This document shows positions 1-11,500 of a DNA stretch of 64,000 nt, in pieces. This DNA comes from Octopus sinensis. Its lineage: Eukaryota. Position 1 is the first letter of the stretch. The number at the start of each line of letters is the position of its first letter. The notes under the pieces are model-generated. The model searched no databases and was not told where the DNA came from. It saw only the letters and a list, made by a program, of their open reading frames with translations. A program made the translations under genes and the position numbers. Where the stretch lies: positions 96,224,001 to 96,288,000 of the forward strand of contig NC_043004.1 in assembly GCF_006345805.1 (NCBI RefSeq), given 5' to 3'.

Positions 1-107
1 AGACATTTAGAAATTTAATAATTCTGAATTCTTAGTTGTTGAGACCATAGCGGATCTTTTTCTAGCATAAGGGTTTCCACATAGTGGTTAAAAAATTTGC
101 TCTTATA

Positions 108-111
108 TTTA

Positions 112-162
<51 letters not shown>

Positions 163-197
163 ATATATATATATACACACACATACACACACACATA
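108..197. repeat. (TA)n/(CA)n microsatellite
   Basis: Direct dinucleotide runs; many similar tracts occur throughout the window and only the largest are listed. Confidence 0.95.
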
Positions 198-949
198 GTT
201 ATAATGTTATTGATGAATGTTTGTAGTTAATACTCTTCCAAATCACTAAGCTTTATAGGACCAGTTCTTATCTCCATTTTCCTGAAATGCTGAGTGAGTG
301 AATAATAAATCTCCTTTAGCAGGATGCCAGAGAATTGCAAATTAAATAAAAGATGAGTTACAAGAAAGCAAATACCCAGTTGATTTGATAAAATTCTGGA
401 ATAATTTATTATCCCCATATAAGGCACAAAATTCTTATGGCATATAACCTTTCTTTAAGAGCCTTTGAATCCGGTTTTACAGCATAAGAAAGTATTTAAA
501 CAGAAACCTTGCAGCGAACTGTCAAAGAATTTAAACCAGCTTACAAGCTAATGAAACTACTGTCAATTCGCTCAAAGTACCCACTTAAAGCTAGGGTGAG
601 TCAATGTGGAAGCCTATGTGTCATCTCCCATCCTGATAAAAACAGTGACCAAATGTCCTTTAAACTCATATCCTACATCTTAGAAAATTAGTACTTAATG
701 CACAGTGTAATCCTAGACATGCAAAAAAGAAAAGATGGTCATGGGTGGAATGACTCTGATCATGGAGCTGAGTACTTAGAACTATTGAAAGTTTGGTGAG
801 AGACTCAAAAACAATGGTTCTGACAGGATAGAAACTGCTGATCTCTTGGTTGGTTGTTTGAAACCTTGCCACTTTGGTGAACTGAGATTATCTTGTATCA
901 TGCTGGCTTTTGTGGAAATTGCAGAGACTGTAAAAAGTGAAGCAGAAAG

Positions 950-1262
950 CAATAGATATCCATTCTTTCTACTTGTTTTATACCCAAGTTGGCCAGATCC
1001 AACCTTTCATACCTATCCCACAATGTGATTCTGAAAAAAAAAACAATCACATTATTATTGAAATCTTGAAGCTATGAGATAATGCATGATTGATTCAAAA
1101 TAATGTGAATAAATAAGCATTACATATGACAAAGTGGAGGCACATGACTTAGTGGTTAGGGTGTTGAACTCATGATCGTAAAGTTGTGGTTTCGATTCCT
1201 GGACCGGATGATGTGTTGTGTTCTTGAGCAAAACACTTCATTTCATGTTGTCCCAGTCCATG
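950..1262 (+). mobile_element. Partial copy of MITE+SINE-E composite (inverted relative to 2490-2960)
   Basis: About 190 bp of MITE body plus tRNA-like head (GACTTAGTGGTTAG, GTTTCGATTCC) match the reverse complement of ~2640-2930, including the same junction. Confidence 0.8.
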
Positions 1263-1674
1263 CCCGTGACTATCATGCACCATAGAATAACTACAACACA
1301 CCATTTGATATTGATAAAAGATAAATCTGACCATGAATAATGAGCAGTCCCAGAAAATTCAGAGCTATATTTTTCAAAGAGGATTGTTATTGCAATATAT
1401 TTAGCCAAAACCTTTGGGCACAATTTTAGGATATGACTTAATGACTCAAAAGTCAATTGGCTTAAATATCATCAATACAGGAATTTAGCTTCATTGCAAA
1501 TATACTACAATATGACTGAATTATTGGAGATAAGTTTTATGCTATCAATTCACAGATAGATTTTGGCCCCTAATATGAAGGGCCTAGGAGCTGCTAGAGT
1601 GATTTGAGTTCTAAAATTGCAAGCTGACAAAGCATTTGTCATTTATAATTTCGATTTAAATATCAAATATTAAA

Positions 1675-2188
1675 TCTATATATATAAAACTGTAGTTGTG
1701 TGAGTGTCTGTCCCCTTCGATTTAGATTCCTAACTACTCCCACATTTTGTGATGCAGTTTAACCAAATTCGGGTATCTTATAGTCGTGATTCATATCGAG
1801 CCCGTCTGGGTATTAGCGCGCGTCTACGATGAGTCTACGATTTTTAAAATAATTTAACATCATTTTTTATTCCATTTTGATGCATATGTTTTCGTGTGTC
1901 GATGGCGGTGGAGTTGGCGTCCACGCTCACATCTGCACCTGTGTTGCTTCTCCCCCTTCTTCCCTCCCTCGTGAAGCTATGGGGAAGGGAGTGTAAGGAA
2001 ATCAACGTCGTAATGCGTTGTCAAGGAGACCAGCGTTCTTTTAGAACAACGACTTCATGGCTTGAAGACACCAAAACAGAAATGGCTAAGAAAGCCCGAA
2101 TTGGCATCTATAAGGGAAGTAACTCTCTAAAAATGCTTATATAGTTATTTCCCTTACAAACCCGAGCAACCCCGGGCGATACTGCTAG
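1675..2188 (+). mobile_element. Non-autonomous Helitron (family H1)
   Basis: 5' TC after A; 3' hairpin CCCGAGCAACCCCGGG then CTAG before T; no TSD; siblings at 21358 and 32747. Confidence 0.85.
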
Positions 2189-2197
2189 TTAAATATA

Positions 2198-2405
2198 AAG
2201 GTGGCAGAATCATTAGCACGCTGTGAAAAGAACTTAGCAACATTTCATCTGTTTTCGTGTTCTGAGTTCAAATTCTGCCAGGGTCAACTTTGCCTTTCAT
2301 CCTTTTGGGGTTGATAAAATAAGTACCAGTCGAGCACTGGGGTTGATGCTACTGACTTACTCCTCCACCAAAATTCCTGGCCTTGCACCAACATTTGGAA
2401 TCAAT
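2198..2405 (+). mobile_element. tRNA-derived SINE-C
   Basis: GGCAGAATCATTAG head, GAGTTCAAATTC B-box-like motif, central GCCTTTCATCCTTTTGGGGTTGATAAAATAAGTACCAG block recurring in many copies. Confidence 0.8.
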
Positions 2406-2489
2406 TTAAATGACAAGTGCTTCTATTAAAAACAGTCAGTTCACATAATTCTTGGTGAGAGCTAGGTCAATAATACTAGCAAGAATTAA

Positions 2490-2960
2490 GCCTTTAGCAT
2501 TCAGATTATTTTGTCAAATGTTCCTTCTCAAGCCATGCCAGGCTCATAAGGGCCAGTTTCCTGGTTTCAGTAGCATAGCAATTCCCCACCTGGATGGGAC
2601 GCTGGTCCGTCGCAGAATTACTCATTTTTGCCAGCTGAGTGAACTGGAGCAACATGAAATGAAGTGTTTTGCCCAAGAACACAACGCATCACCCGGTCCA
2701 GGAATCGAAACCACAACCTTACGATCATGAGTTCAACACCCTAACCACTAAGTCATGCGCTTCCACTTTGTTATATGTAATGCTTATTTATTCATAATAT
2801 TTTGAATCAACCATAGCTTCAAGATTTCAATAATAACGTGATTGTTTTTTTTTTTCAGAATCACATTGTGGGATAGGTATGAAAGGTTGGATCTGGCCAA
2901 CTTGGGTATAAGACAAGTAGAATATTTGGGCTGGATATGGGCGGTTTGAATGCTAAAGAG
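2490..2960. mobile_element. piggyBac-type MITE carrying a SINE-E
   Basis: TTAA at 2486-2489 and 2961-2964; TIRs GCCTTTAGCATTC / GAATGCTAAAGAG. Confidence 0.75.
2520..2766 (-). mobile_element. tRNA-derived SINE-E inside the MITE
   Basis: Minus strand GGAAGCGCATGACTTAGTGGTTAGGG...GTTTCGATTCCTGG head, then TTGCTCCAGTTCACTCAGC body. Confidence 0.8.
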
Positions 2961-3804
2961 TTAAGTGACATTATCAGGGATTCAGTAACACAGCAACCAT
3001 GGGATATGAACCATTAACACTGAGCTTAGTATACAGCACTATCATAATGCAAATACCTGCAACACTTATATAAATCACAGTTAGCCCTGAATACAGTAGA
3101 AAAGAAAAAGCAATTAATAGAATAGAAATAAAAGAACTTGCTGTAGAGTTAGAATTAAGTGATGTTTAGTGTTCCTCATTTGGTATTTATTTATCACAGA
3201 GATTTAAATTCATTTATGACCAAAGAAAGGAAAATGGTTCAAAGCAAAAGGAAGCAAGATTAAGAATGGAACAATGGTATTACTGATACAAGAACGTGAA
3301 ACGATATGAAGTAGAATTAAAAGAGAAAAAAGGAAATCTTATTATTAATGTTATTTTTAGAAAAGGAGTTCGATGGTAGAATCAGTAGAGTGGTTAATAA
3401 AATGCCTTGTGGTGTTTAGTTATATCCCTTTTTGTTCCGAGTTCATAGTTGTTTTCCATCCATTTCGTTGGTTAATATAATTACCAACAATTACTGAATT
3501 GTTTTAATTGCGGTTTTTCTGTTGATATTAAAAATCAATGATAGGATTTAGTTGATAGAAATAGTAAAGTGCTAGACTTTATAACTTAATGTTCTGAGTT
3601 CAAAGCTTTTCAGGGGCACTTTTTAACATTCATCTCTTCAGGTGAAAGGAAAATGAGTACCAGTCACAAAACCAAGGTCCATTCAAATTCTATGGTTACT
3701 TTGTGCTAATATGAAAAATTACTTTCTTAATTGGACACAATTTATCAAGACAACATATTTCACACTTTTTATCCTAAATTCAATTTGTATTATTCTTTCA
3801 TTCC

Positions 3805-4025
3805 TTTACCTGTTTCAGCTATTTGACTGCGGCCATGCTGGGGCACTGCCACACTGCCATGAAAAAACTTTCGGTTGGATCACCTGACTCAGTACCTAAA
3901 TTTTTTAAAAACCTTGTGCTTATTCTATCGGTCTCTTCTGTTGAACTGCTAAGTTACATGGCTATAAACTCAGCAAAACTGGTTGTCAAGCATTGATGAG
4001 GGACAAACACTGACACAACACAAAG

Positions 4026-4057
<32 letters not shown>

Positions 4058-4565
4058 ACACATAAACACACATCATCATCAACATCATAATCATCATCAT
4101 CATCATCGGTAAGCCAGAGATCTGCCCCAGATTCCAGTCTGATTTTGGCTTGGTTTCTATGGCTGGATGCCCTTCCTAGCACCAACCACTCCAAGAGTGT
4201 AGTGGGTGCCTTTTACGTGTCCCCAGTAGGAGTGCTTTTAACGTGTCCCCTGCATGGGTGCTTATATATAAAATTAGCATAAATGACATTTAAAATTTAC
4301 AGTAACCAAGCAACTGTTTCAGTAGATTCATATCAGTCCTTATAACAAAATCATTTCCTTAAAAAAAAATCCTTAAAAATGTTCTAGCCCGAAGGCCGTG
4401 GCCATGCTGGGGCACAAATATCTATACACATACAAGTTTCCGTCTACCAAATCCACTCACAGAGCTTTTGTTGGTCCAAAGATATAGTAGAAGACACCAA
4501 CTTAAAGTGACACAACCATGTGGTGAGGAAGCAAACATTCCTACCACACAGGTATTCCTGTACCT
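3805..4565 (-). mobile_element. Decayed SINE-A interrupted by a family-B insertion
   Basis: 3' part 3805-4030 and 5' part ~4430-4565 align to full SINE-A copies; family B at 4072-4262 lies in the internal microsatellite. Confidence 0.65.
4072..4262 (-). mobile_element. Family B retroposon 3' fragment, (GAT)n tail
   Basis: GGCTGGATGCCCTTCCTA...CCAACCACTCC...GTAGTGGGTGC block next to a (CAT)n run. Confidence 0.8.
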
Positions 4566-4812
4566 GTTGTATATCTAGAGTATAAGTTTATACTATAATC
4601 CTTTCTCCACTGTCCAACATGAACTGGGTTACAGTTCTATATTTAAGAGATGAGGAATTATGTACATTATTTTCATTATTTTAATTTGACAGATATATAT
4701 GCTCATGGGCATATGGTGTAGTGGTTAAGAGCACGGGCTACTAGCCCCAAGATTCCAAGTTTGATTCCATGCAGTGACCTGAACACTAACAATAATAATA
4801 ATAATAATAATA

Positions 4813-5159
4813 ATCATCATCATCATCGTTTAGCATCTGCTTTCCATGCTAGCATTGGTTGGACGGTTCAACTGGGGTCTGGGAAGCCAGAAGGCTGCAC
4901 CAGGCCCAGTCTGATCTGGCAAAGTTTCTATGGCTGGATGCCTTTCCTAATGCCAACCACTCCATGAGTGTAGTGGGTGCTTTTTACATGCCACCGGCAC
5001 AGGTGCCAGGCGAGGCTGGCAACGGCCACGAACGGATGGTGCTTTTTATGTGCCACTGGCACGAGGCCAGTCGGGGCGACGCTGGCAACAGCCACGTTCG
5101 GATGGTTCTCTCACGTGCCACCAGCACTGGTATCTCAGCTGCAATTTCCATTGATCGAT
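4813..5159 (-). mobile_element. Family B retroposon with about three internal ~60-bp units
   Basis: (CAT)n tail at 4813-4827; repeated GGTGCTTTTTAYRTGCCAC units at 4976-5135. Confidence 0.85.
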
Positions 5160-5229
5160 TTCGAATAATAATAATAACAACATCGAAAAATACCTTAGGA
5201 ATGAGAACCCAGGTTGGAAATTTCCCCAA

Positions 5230-5275
5230 GACACCTGAAGAAGGCTGGAAAATATATCAGCCAAATCGTTGTGTT
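5230..5275 (+). ncRNA. Degenerate minimal type I hammerhead ribozyme
   Basis: GACAC-CTGAAGA-A-GGCTGG/TCAGCC-(AAAT in place of GAAA)-CG-T-T-GTGTT; stems I and II pair but GAAA is mutated. Confidence 0.6.
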
Positions 5276-5454
5276 AACAACAAACAAGATGAGGACAAAT
5301 ATCTGTCAAATATAAATAATGTAAATAATGAACTTGCCTTATCATTTTCTTATTTATAAATTAGTATATAAAAATAGTAGTTTTCAGCTTTCTGTCTAGT
5401 GATGAAGAGATGAGCTATAAAGCTATTCCCATATAAGCTACAGCTCTATTATTC

Positions 5455-5862
5455 TTTTATTCATTTCAGTAATTTGACTGCAGCCATGCTGGAGCACCCC
5501 CTTGAAGAGTCTTAGTCGAACAAATTGACCTCAGGACTTGGTTTTTTAAAAAAATCTAGCACTTATTGGTCTTTTTGCCAAACTGCTAAGTAACTGGGAT
5601 GTAAACACACTAACACCGGTTGTCAAGTGGTGATGGCGGGGATAAACACAGATACAATGACACATACACCCACTCACCCACATCCACTCACGCACACATA
5701 TATGACAGACTTTTTTCAGTTTTTGTTTACCAAATCCACTCACAAAGCTTTGGTCAGCCTGAGGCTATAGTAGAAGATGCTTGCCCAAGGTGCCACACAG
5801 TGGGATTGAACCCAGAACCATGTGGCTGAGAAGCAAGCATCTTACCACACAACCATACTTGT
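5455..5862 (-). mobile_element. SINE-A (tRNA head, CORE-like block, internal microsatellite)
   Basis: Colinear with the young copies at 9607 and 36254; older and more diverged. Confidence 0.8.
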
Positions 5863-6021
5863 AGCTTTCTTTTAAAGATACTTTTAGCCCAGCTTTTCGC
5901 AGTAACAAAGCAATTAAATTGAAACGTTGAATGAATTTTAGTTCTCATGGCATTTAAAATTATTAACCATATTACATATTATTAACCATAAAATTATTAA
6001 CCATCTTATTATTAACCATCT

Positions 6022-6400
6022 TACAAACAATAACTCGGAGCACCTTTTCAAACTCCATCTGTCTAACACTCGTGGACATGTTTACAAAATCAGAAAACAG
6101 TACAGCTCCCATGACTTTCGGAAACATAATTTCATGCTAAGAGTTGCTGAAGCATGGAAGAAGCTGCTGGCATCAGTTGTTAGTTGTCGGAGCACTGCAT
6201 CCTTCAAAACTTCCATGCTTCTTGAGATTCGCCAACACTACACCTGATTTTCTCCCCTCCATACACACACAAGCATGTATATGATTCATACACTGTTCAC
6301 TTTCCAGACATTTGCACATTACTGCATATGCTTTATATGCACTTTTGACAAGTTGTGGTGCACCTGAGCACTGTATACAATAATTTCATTATTTTATTGA
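6022..6400 (+). mobile_element. CR1-like LINE 3' end fragment
   Basis: Aligns to 42525-42815 (ORF2 C-terminus and GTGCACCTGAGCACTGTA 3' end); 3'UTR about 110 bp longer. Confidence 0.8.
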
Positions 6401-7009
6401 CTGCTCAAGATACTGCACTACAGTGAGTTGAGTGTCTGTAGCAGGGACATTATAAATATGAATTGTTAATCTTTGCCATTCTATAAAATCCTCTGTAAAA
6501 CTAGTCTGTTAAAACTTTCTGTTTCTATGCTGTATACCAGTAATACGTTACTATCAAGACAATCAAATATGACAGCTATCATCTTCTCCAACAAAAATTA
6601 TCACAGTGCCTAGTCAAAAGAAGCCATTATCATTATTTTGCTTTCTCTTTTAACAAACAAGGAAATAATCGCCATCTACTCTAACCACGAAGAGAAAATA
6701 AAATAATCAATGAACCAATATTAAAAAAGAAAAGAAAAACACAAAGCAGAAAATACCAAAAAAATAAACAAATGAAAGATAAAAAATAAATAAAACAAAT
6801 GTGTATGCCAATGTAAGGAGATTGATATCACAGGTTAAAGAAATGGCATTTTGTTATCTTGCAATCTCAATGGAAATAATTTCATATTAACGAGGAAATC
6901 AGCAATGTAGCTAATCTTCTGATGAGATCTATTGAGCAACGTTTGTTAATTTTGCCTTCTTTGCAGCCAGAGAGTAGCAAAACAGTAATTTCTTTACAGT
7001 GTGATTATT

Positions 7010-7050
7010 TCTTGCAGTTGTTAATGAGATTATGTTATATACATTCACCT

Positions 7051-7094
<44 letters not shown>

Positions 7095-7360
7095 CTCTCT
7101 CTCTCTCTTATATACACACACATACACATATACATGCACACTGACAAATTACATACTACAAATTACACAATCACTCTTACTGTTCACTTCATCTGTGTAT
7201 ACGTGTATGAATGTGTGTGCATATGTGTATGTTCAGGCCTATGTGTACACACACATATATGTCTAAATGCACAAAGCTATATATATATATATACATACAC
7301 TAATTAATACACCCACACAAACACATATACATACACATATATAAATTCACATACCGACAC
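7010..7360. repeat. (CA)n/(CT)n/(TA)n compound microsatellite
   Basis: Direct inspection. Confidence 0.9.
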
Positions 7361-7717
7361 ATATTTATGTACAGAAAAATACCAACACATACATTTATTT
7401 ACATACTGAAAGTGAATTTCCTTTTCTCAAGAGTTGAGCTTCATGTGACTCTGTCTTTATGGAGTAACATAAAACTCAAGTTAAAGGAAAAAAATTAGTT
7501 TATTATACATGACATATTGTACAACATATATTGAGTACATTCAATAAAGATAAATTAGAGATATACTATTGACAATCCAATAATATATTTATATTACAAT
7601 ATTATATTAAGTACTATGAATATAATATAATATAACATAATATTATATAACAATAAATTATTATAATAACCATAAAAGGTCAACAATAATTCTGACATAT
7701 ATATTCTTTCTGATATA

Positions 7718-9253
7718 TAGGGGTTGGACAAAATAATGGAAACACCTTCAAATTTCAAACAAATTTATTTCAGTATGGGGTAGTACCATCTTTGGCAGTA
7801 ATTACAGCTTGAATTCTATGAGATATGGACTTGTTCAAAGTTTGAATTGTTTCCAGAAGAATTTTTGTCCATTCTTCAGCTAAAACAGTCTCCAGTTCTT
7901 GTAGTGATGATGGTGGAGAATATTGACTCCTTACATGTTTTTCAAAAATGCATGATAAATGTTCAATAATATTGAGATCTAGGGACTATGGTGGCCAGGT
8001 AAGATGTTCAACTTCACTAGAATGTTCCTCGTGCCATTCAGTAACAACTTTAGCGGTGTGAATTGGTGCATTATCGTCATGAAAGATTGTGTTTCCCTCT
8101 GGAAACAGTTCCACAGCCATAGGATGAATTTGATCAGATAAAATGCTTAAATAGTCTTGACTATTAATTCTGCCATGAAAGGAAACCATTGGGTTGGCGG
8201 ATTTCCAAGATGTAGCCCCTCCATCCAGATCATCATAGATCCTCCTCCACAGTTGGAAGAATGTAGTCTGAGTTAAATGCTTCTTTTGGCTATCTCCACA
8301 CGTATACTCAGCAGCTGGTCGGAAATGAAGTAAAGGATGACTCATCCAAGAAAATAACATTCTTCCACTGCTCTAGGGACCAATTCTGTAGGTTTTTACT
8401 CCACTCTAAACACTTTGCAACGTTTGGTTTTGAAAGTAGTGATTTTCTGATTGCAGCCCTCCCGTAAAATCCGACTTGTGCAGCTCCTGTGGAAACTGGG
8501 TTCTTGAGGAGGTCATTAAGCTCTGCAGTAATTTTGGGAGCTGTACTTTTGTGATCCTTTCTAACAGTTTGCATAAGAGTCTGATGATCCCTATCTGAAA
8601 GTTTTGGTTTTCTTCTGAAGTTTTGTTTTGATGAGGAGGTTTTTCTCTCTTTCTCAAAGGCTGTCATTACTTTCGAGATGGTACTTCTTAATACACCAAA
8701 CAGTTTAGCTGTTTTCATTACGCTAGCACCTGCTATACGAGCACCAAGAATTTGACCTGTTTGAAAGCCCAATAGATCTGTCATTTTAATGAATTTTAAT
8801 TACTTTTTTCTGATGATATCTGAAAAGAAAGAGCAATTTTATGAAAACATATTAAGCAACATCATCATCATCATTTAGCGTCTGCTTTCCAAGCTAGCAT
8901 GGGTTGGACGGTTCAACTGGGGTCTGTGAAGCCAGAAGGCTGTATCAGGCCCAGTCTGATCTGGCAGTGTTTCTACGGCTGGATGCCCTTCCTAATGCCA
9001 ACCACTCCATGAGTGTAGTGGGTGCTTTTTACGTGCCACCCACACAGGTGACAGACGGCCACGGATGGATGGTGCTTTTTATGTGCCACCGGCATGGGGG
9101 CCAGGCAAGGCTGGCAACAGCCTTTTACGTGCCACTGGCACGGGGGCCAGACTAATAATAAATAAAAAAACATAATGATAAACAAGCTTTTGATGGTTTT
9201 ACAGATTTTTCAAAATTATGAAGCGATGATATAGTGTTTCCATTATTTTGTCC
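7718..9253 (-). mobile_element. Tc1-like transposon copy 1 (DD36E, defective), with family-B insertion
   Basis: TIR AGGGGTTGGACAAAATAATGGAAACAC and GTGTTTCCATTATTTTGTCC; translated FLDESSF, HDDNAPIH, DLNIIEHL; stops and frameshifts. Confidence 0.92.
8860..9150 (-). mobile_element. Family B retroposon nested in Tc1 copy 1
   Basis: Splits AAGCAAC|ACTAATAATA, which is contiguous in Tc1 copy 2 (17935-17951). Confidence 0.88.
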
Positions 9254-9261
9254 TCTCCACA

Positions 9262-9460
9262 ATGTTAGCATGCCGGGCGAAATTCTTACCGGTATTTTGT
9301 CTGTCTTTACATTCTGAGTTCAAATTCTGCCTAAGTCGACTCTGCCTGTCACCCTTTCGGGGGTCAATAAATTAAGTACCAGTTATGCACTGAGGTTGAT
9401 CTAATTGACTGGACCCCTCCTGAAAAATTTCGAGCCTTGTGCCTAGAGTAGAAAAGAATA
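9262..9460 (+). mobile_element. SINE-C, 5'-eroded, alternative tail
   Basis: Central block shared; tail CTGAAAAATTTCGAGCCTTGTGCCTAGAGTAGAAAAG. Confidence 0.75.
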
Positions 9461-9606
9461 TTCCTCTCCACCAAATTTCAGATCTTTTATTTATGTTAGA
9501 ATCAGTTATAATAATATAATTGTAGTCGCAGTTGCTGTTGTTTAGTTCCTGTAAACTCTGGTCCAGCAGATCTATGATGCTGAGCATTCCAGTTGTGACC
9601 ATCCTG

Positions 9607-10016
9607 TTTACTCTTTTACTCTTTTACTTGTTTCAGTCATCTGACTGCGGCCATGCTGGAGTACCACCTTTTAATCGAGCAACTCGACCCCGGGACTTAT
9701 TCTTTTTGTAAGCCCAGTACTTATTCTATCGGTCTCTTTTGCCGAACCGCTAAGTAACGGGGACATAAACACACCAGCATCGGTTGTCAAGCAATGCTAG
9801 GGGGACAAACACAGACACACAAAGACACACACATATATATATATACATATATACGACGGGCTTCTTTCAGTTTCCGTCTACCAAATCCACTCACAAGGCT
9901 TGGTCGGCCCGGGGCTATAGCAGAAGACACTTGCCCAAGATGCCACGCAGTGGGACTGAACCCGGAACCATGTGGTTGGTTAGCAAGCTACTTACCACAC
10001 AGCCACTCCTGTGCCT
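9607..10016 (-). mobile_element. SINE-A, full length, young
   Basis: Minus strand GGCACAGGAGTGGCTGTGTGGTAAG head, GGTTCAGTCCC B-box, GGCATCTTGGGCAAGTGTC CORE-like block, (GTAAAAGA)n tail. Confidence 0.92.
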
Positions 10017-10345
10017 ATGTGTGTTTGCTATTAGTTTGGTACCATTGTTATAATTTATTATCTTTCTAATCTCCAATTCTATAAAATTTTTACAGGTTTT
10101 CTTGGCAGATGTTTAAGTTTATTAGTTTTGTTACACACTCTCTTTCTCTCTCTCTCTCTCTCTCAATCTCTTGTGCTCTTCATCTTGTTTCTTTATGCCT
10201 TTCTCTATGTCTTATCACCCTATCTCTTTCACACTATCTTAACTTTTTATTCCTCTCTGTATGTCTGGCTCTTTTGCAATCTTTGAAGACAAGCATAAAA
10301 AAAAATGAATAAAACAAGGATGCAGTTGCATTGATAAATATGCAT

Positions 10346-10472
10346 ATATCATCATCATCATCATCATCATCGTTATTTAATGTACGTTTTCCATGCTTGC
10401 ATGGGTTGGACGGTTCGACTGGGGTCTGGGAAGCCATGAGGCTGCACCAGGCTCCGGCCTGATCTGGTAGTG
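10346..10472 (-). mobile_element. Family B 3' fragment
   Basis: (CAT)n plus TTCCATGCTTGCATGGGTTGGACGGTTCGACTGGGG. Confidence 0.8.
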
Positions 10473-10816
10473 TGATTAGGAAAATTGTATGCAGAAAAAA
10501 ATAAATCAAACAGCGTTTCAACTTTGTGTGGATATGCGTATGTATGTAAAAGGTGGGATATGTGAATGTGTGTATGTGAGTGTGTGTGCTTTTGTGTGCG
10601 TGTGCATGTGCAATGAAAGTGGGATGATTCATTTTTGTTCACTTAGTATTTTGGTTTATTTTTTTATTTGGTTGGGGTTTTTTTTTGTTTGTCAGTTATT
10701 TTTAGTGTTTTGACAGAAAACAGTCATTCTATTGCTTACACAAAGCAGGTTTTACAGCCCACATCATCGAAACTGACAGGGTCAAACCAAGCTTAGCTGC
10801 TAGTAACATATATATA

Positions 10817-11028
10817 CAGGGTGTCCCAAAAAAATGAATGCATATTTTAACTGTTTTTGCACTTCAACTGCATTTTCACACTTCCAGTATCATTTTAGAA
10901 TGAATTTTCTTTGTTCAAAGCTTAATCTGACTGCCATCATTAAATCCTGTAGGTTTCATCTGGAAAGAAAAAATATCAAATGAGTTATCAGCTGCTAAAA
11001 TGTGTATACATTTTTTTGGGACATCCTG
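10817..11028. mobile_element. Tc1/mariner-type MITE, 212 bp
   Basis: TA-CAGGGTGTCCCAAAAAAATG ... CATTTTTTTGGGACATCCTG-TA. Confidence 0.88.
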
Positions 11029-11069
11029 TATATATTTATATATATATATATATATATATAAATATTTCA

Positions 11070-11185
11070 AAATAGGGTGATTATAATCACCTCATTTTGA
11101 ATTATATGGATAATACCGTACCAAATTCTGCTGCCTTTAACTTAAGTACCATATTCAACTAAATCTAAATTTTTACTGAATTTAT
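11070..11185 (+). repeat. Fragment of the foldback family at 62545-62970
   Basis: Matches the reverse complement of ~62560-62660 (GGATAATACC..AAATTCTG..CTTAAGTACCATATTCA). Confidence 0.7.
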
Positions 11186-11271
11186 ATATATATATATATA
11201 CCGGAGTAAGCACATAGATGTGAAACAAGATGGAAAAACAGTACTCAAATACCAGAGGTAGAGTTATATGG

Positions 11272-11435
11272 TTTATTTAAAAGCAGCAAAAATATAACAA
11301 AAGCTATTACTCGGAGTTTCATGTTCCCACTCGTTGGACAGTTTTGTTAAAAAAAAAAAGCAAAACTGTCCGACGAGCAGGAACGTGAAACTCCGAGTAA
11401 TAGCTTTTCTTATATTTCTGGTGCTTTTAAATAAA
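11272..11435. mobile_element. Foldback element, ~75-bp arms, HHR-like motif in each arm
   Basis: Arms 11272-11346 and 11361-11435, in a (TA)n-rich context. Confidence 0.8.
11362..11408 (+). ncRNA. HHR-like motif with CCGACGA (U4C) core; mirror copy 11299-11346 on minus
   Basis: AAAACTGT-CCGACGA-GCAGGAACGT-GAAA-CTCCGAG-T-A-ATAGCTTTT. Confidence 0.55.

Positions 11436-11500
<65 letters not shown>

Larger units (their letters stand above)
4665..5330 (+). mobile_element. Family F: tRNA-like head + (AAT)n + HHR-bearing tail, with inverted copy of its 3' end upstream
   Basis: A-box TGGTGTAGTGG 4714-4724, B-box-like AGTTTGATTCC 4758-4768; (AAT)n on both sides of the family-B insertion; HHR remnant 5230-5275; 4665-4696 matches the reverse complement of 5299-5330 at 29/32. 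Confidence 0.65.

Noticed and set aside
227-427. 66-aa minus-strand ORF as a host exon
   Set aside because: No recognisable homology, no convincing splice-site pair, no partner exons.
4976-5135. Repeat-spacer-like array of GGTGCTTTTTAYGTGCCAC units (CRISPR-like)
   Set aside because: Intervening parts are homologous to each other, the array is internal to a retroposon, and the DNA is eukaryotic with no cas genes.
4859-5359. 166-aa ORF and similar MDGSTGV ORFs at 8904 and 19607
   Set aside because: Antisense reading of family-B repeat copies; start codon is TTG-type within the repeat.
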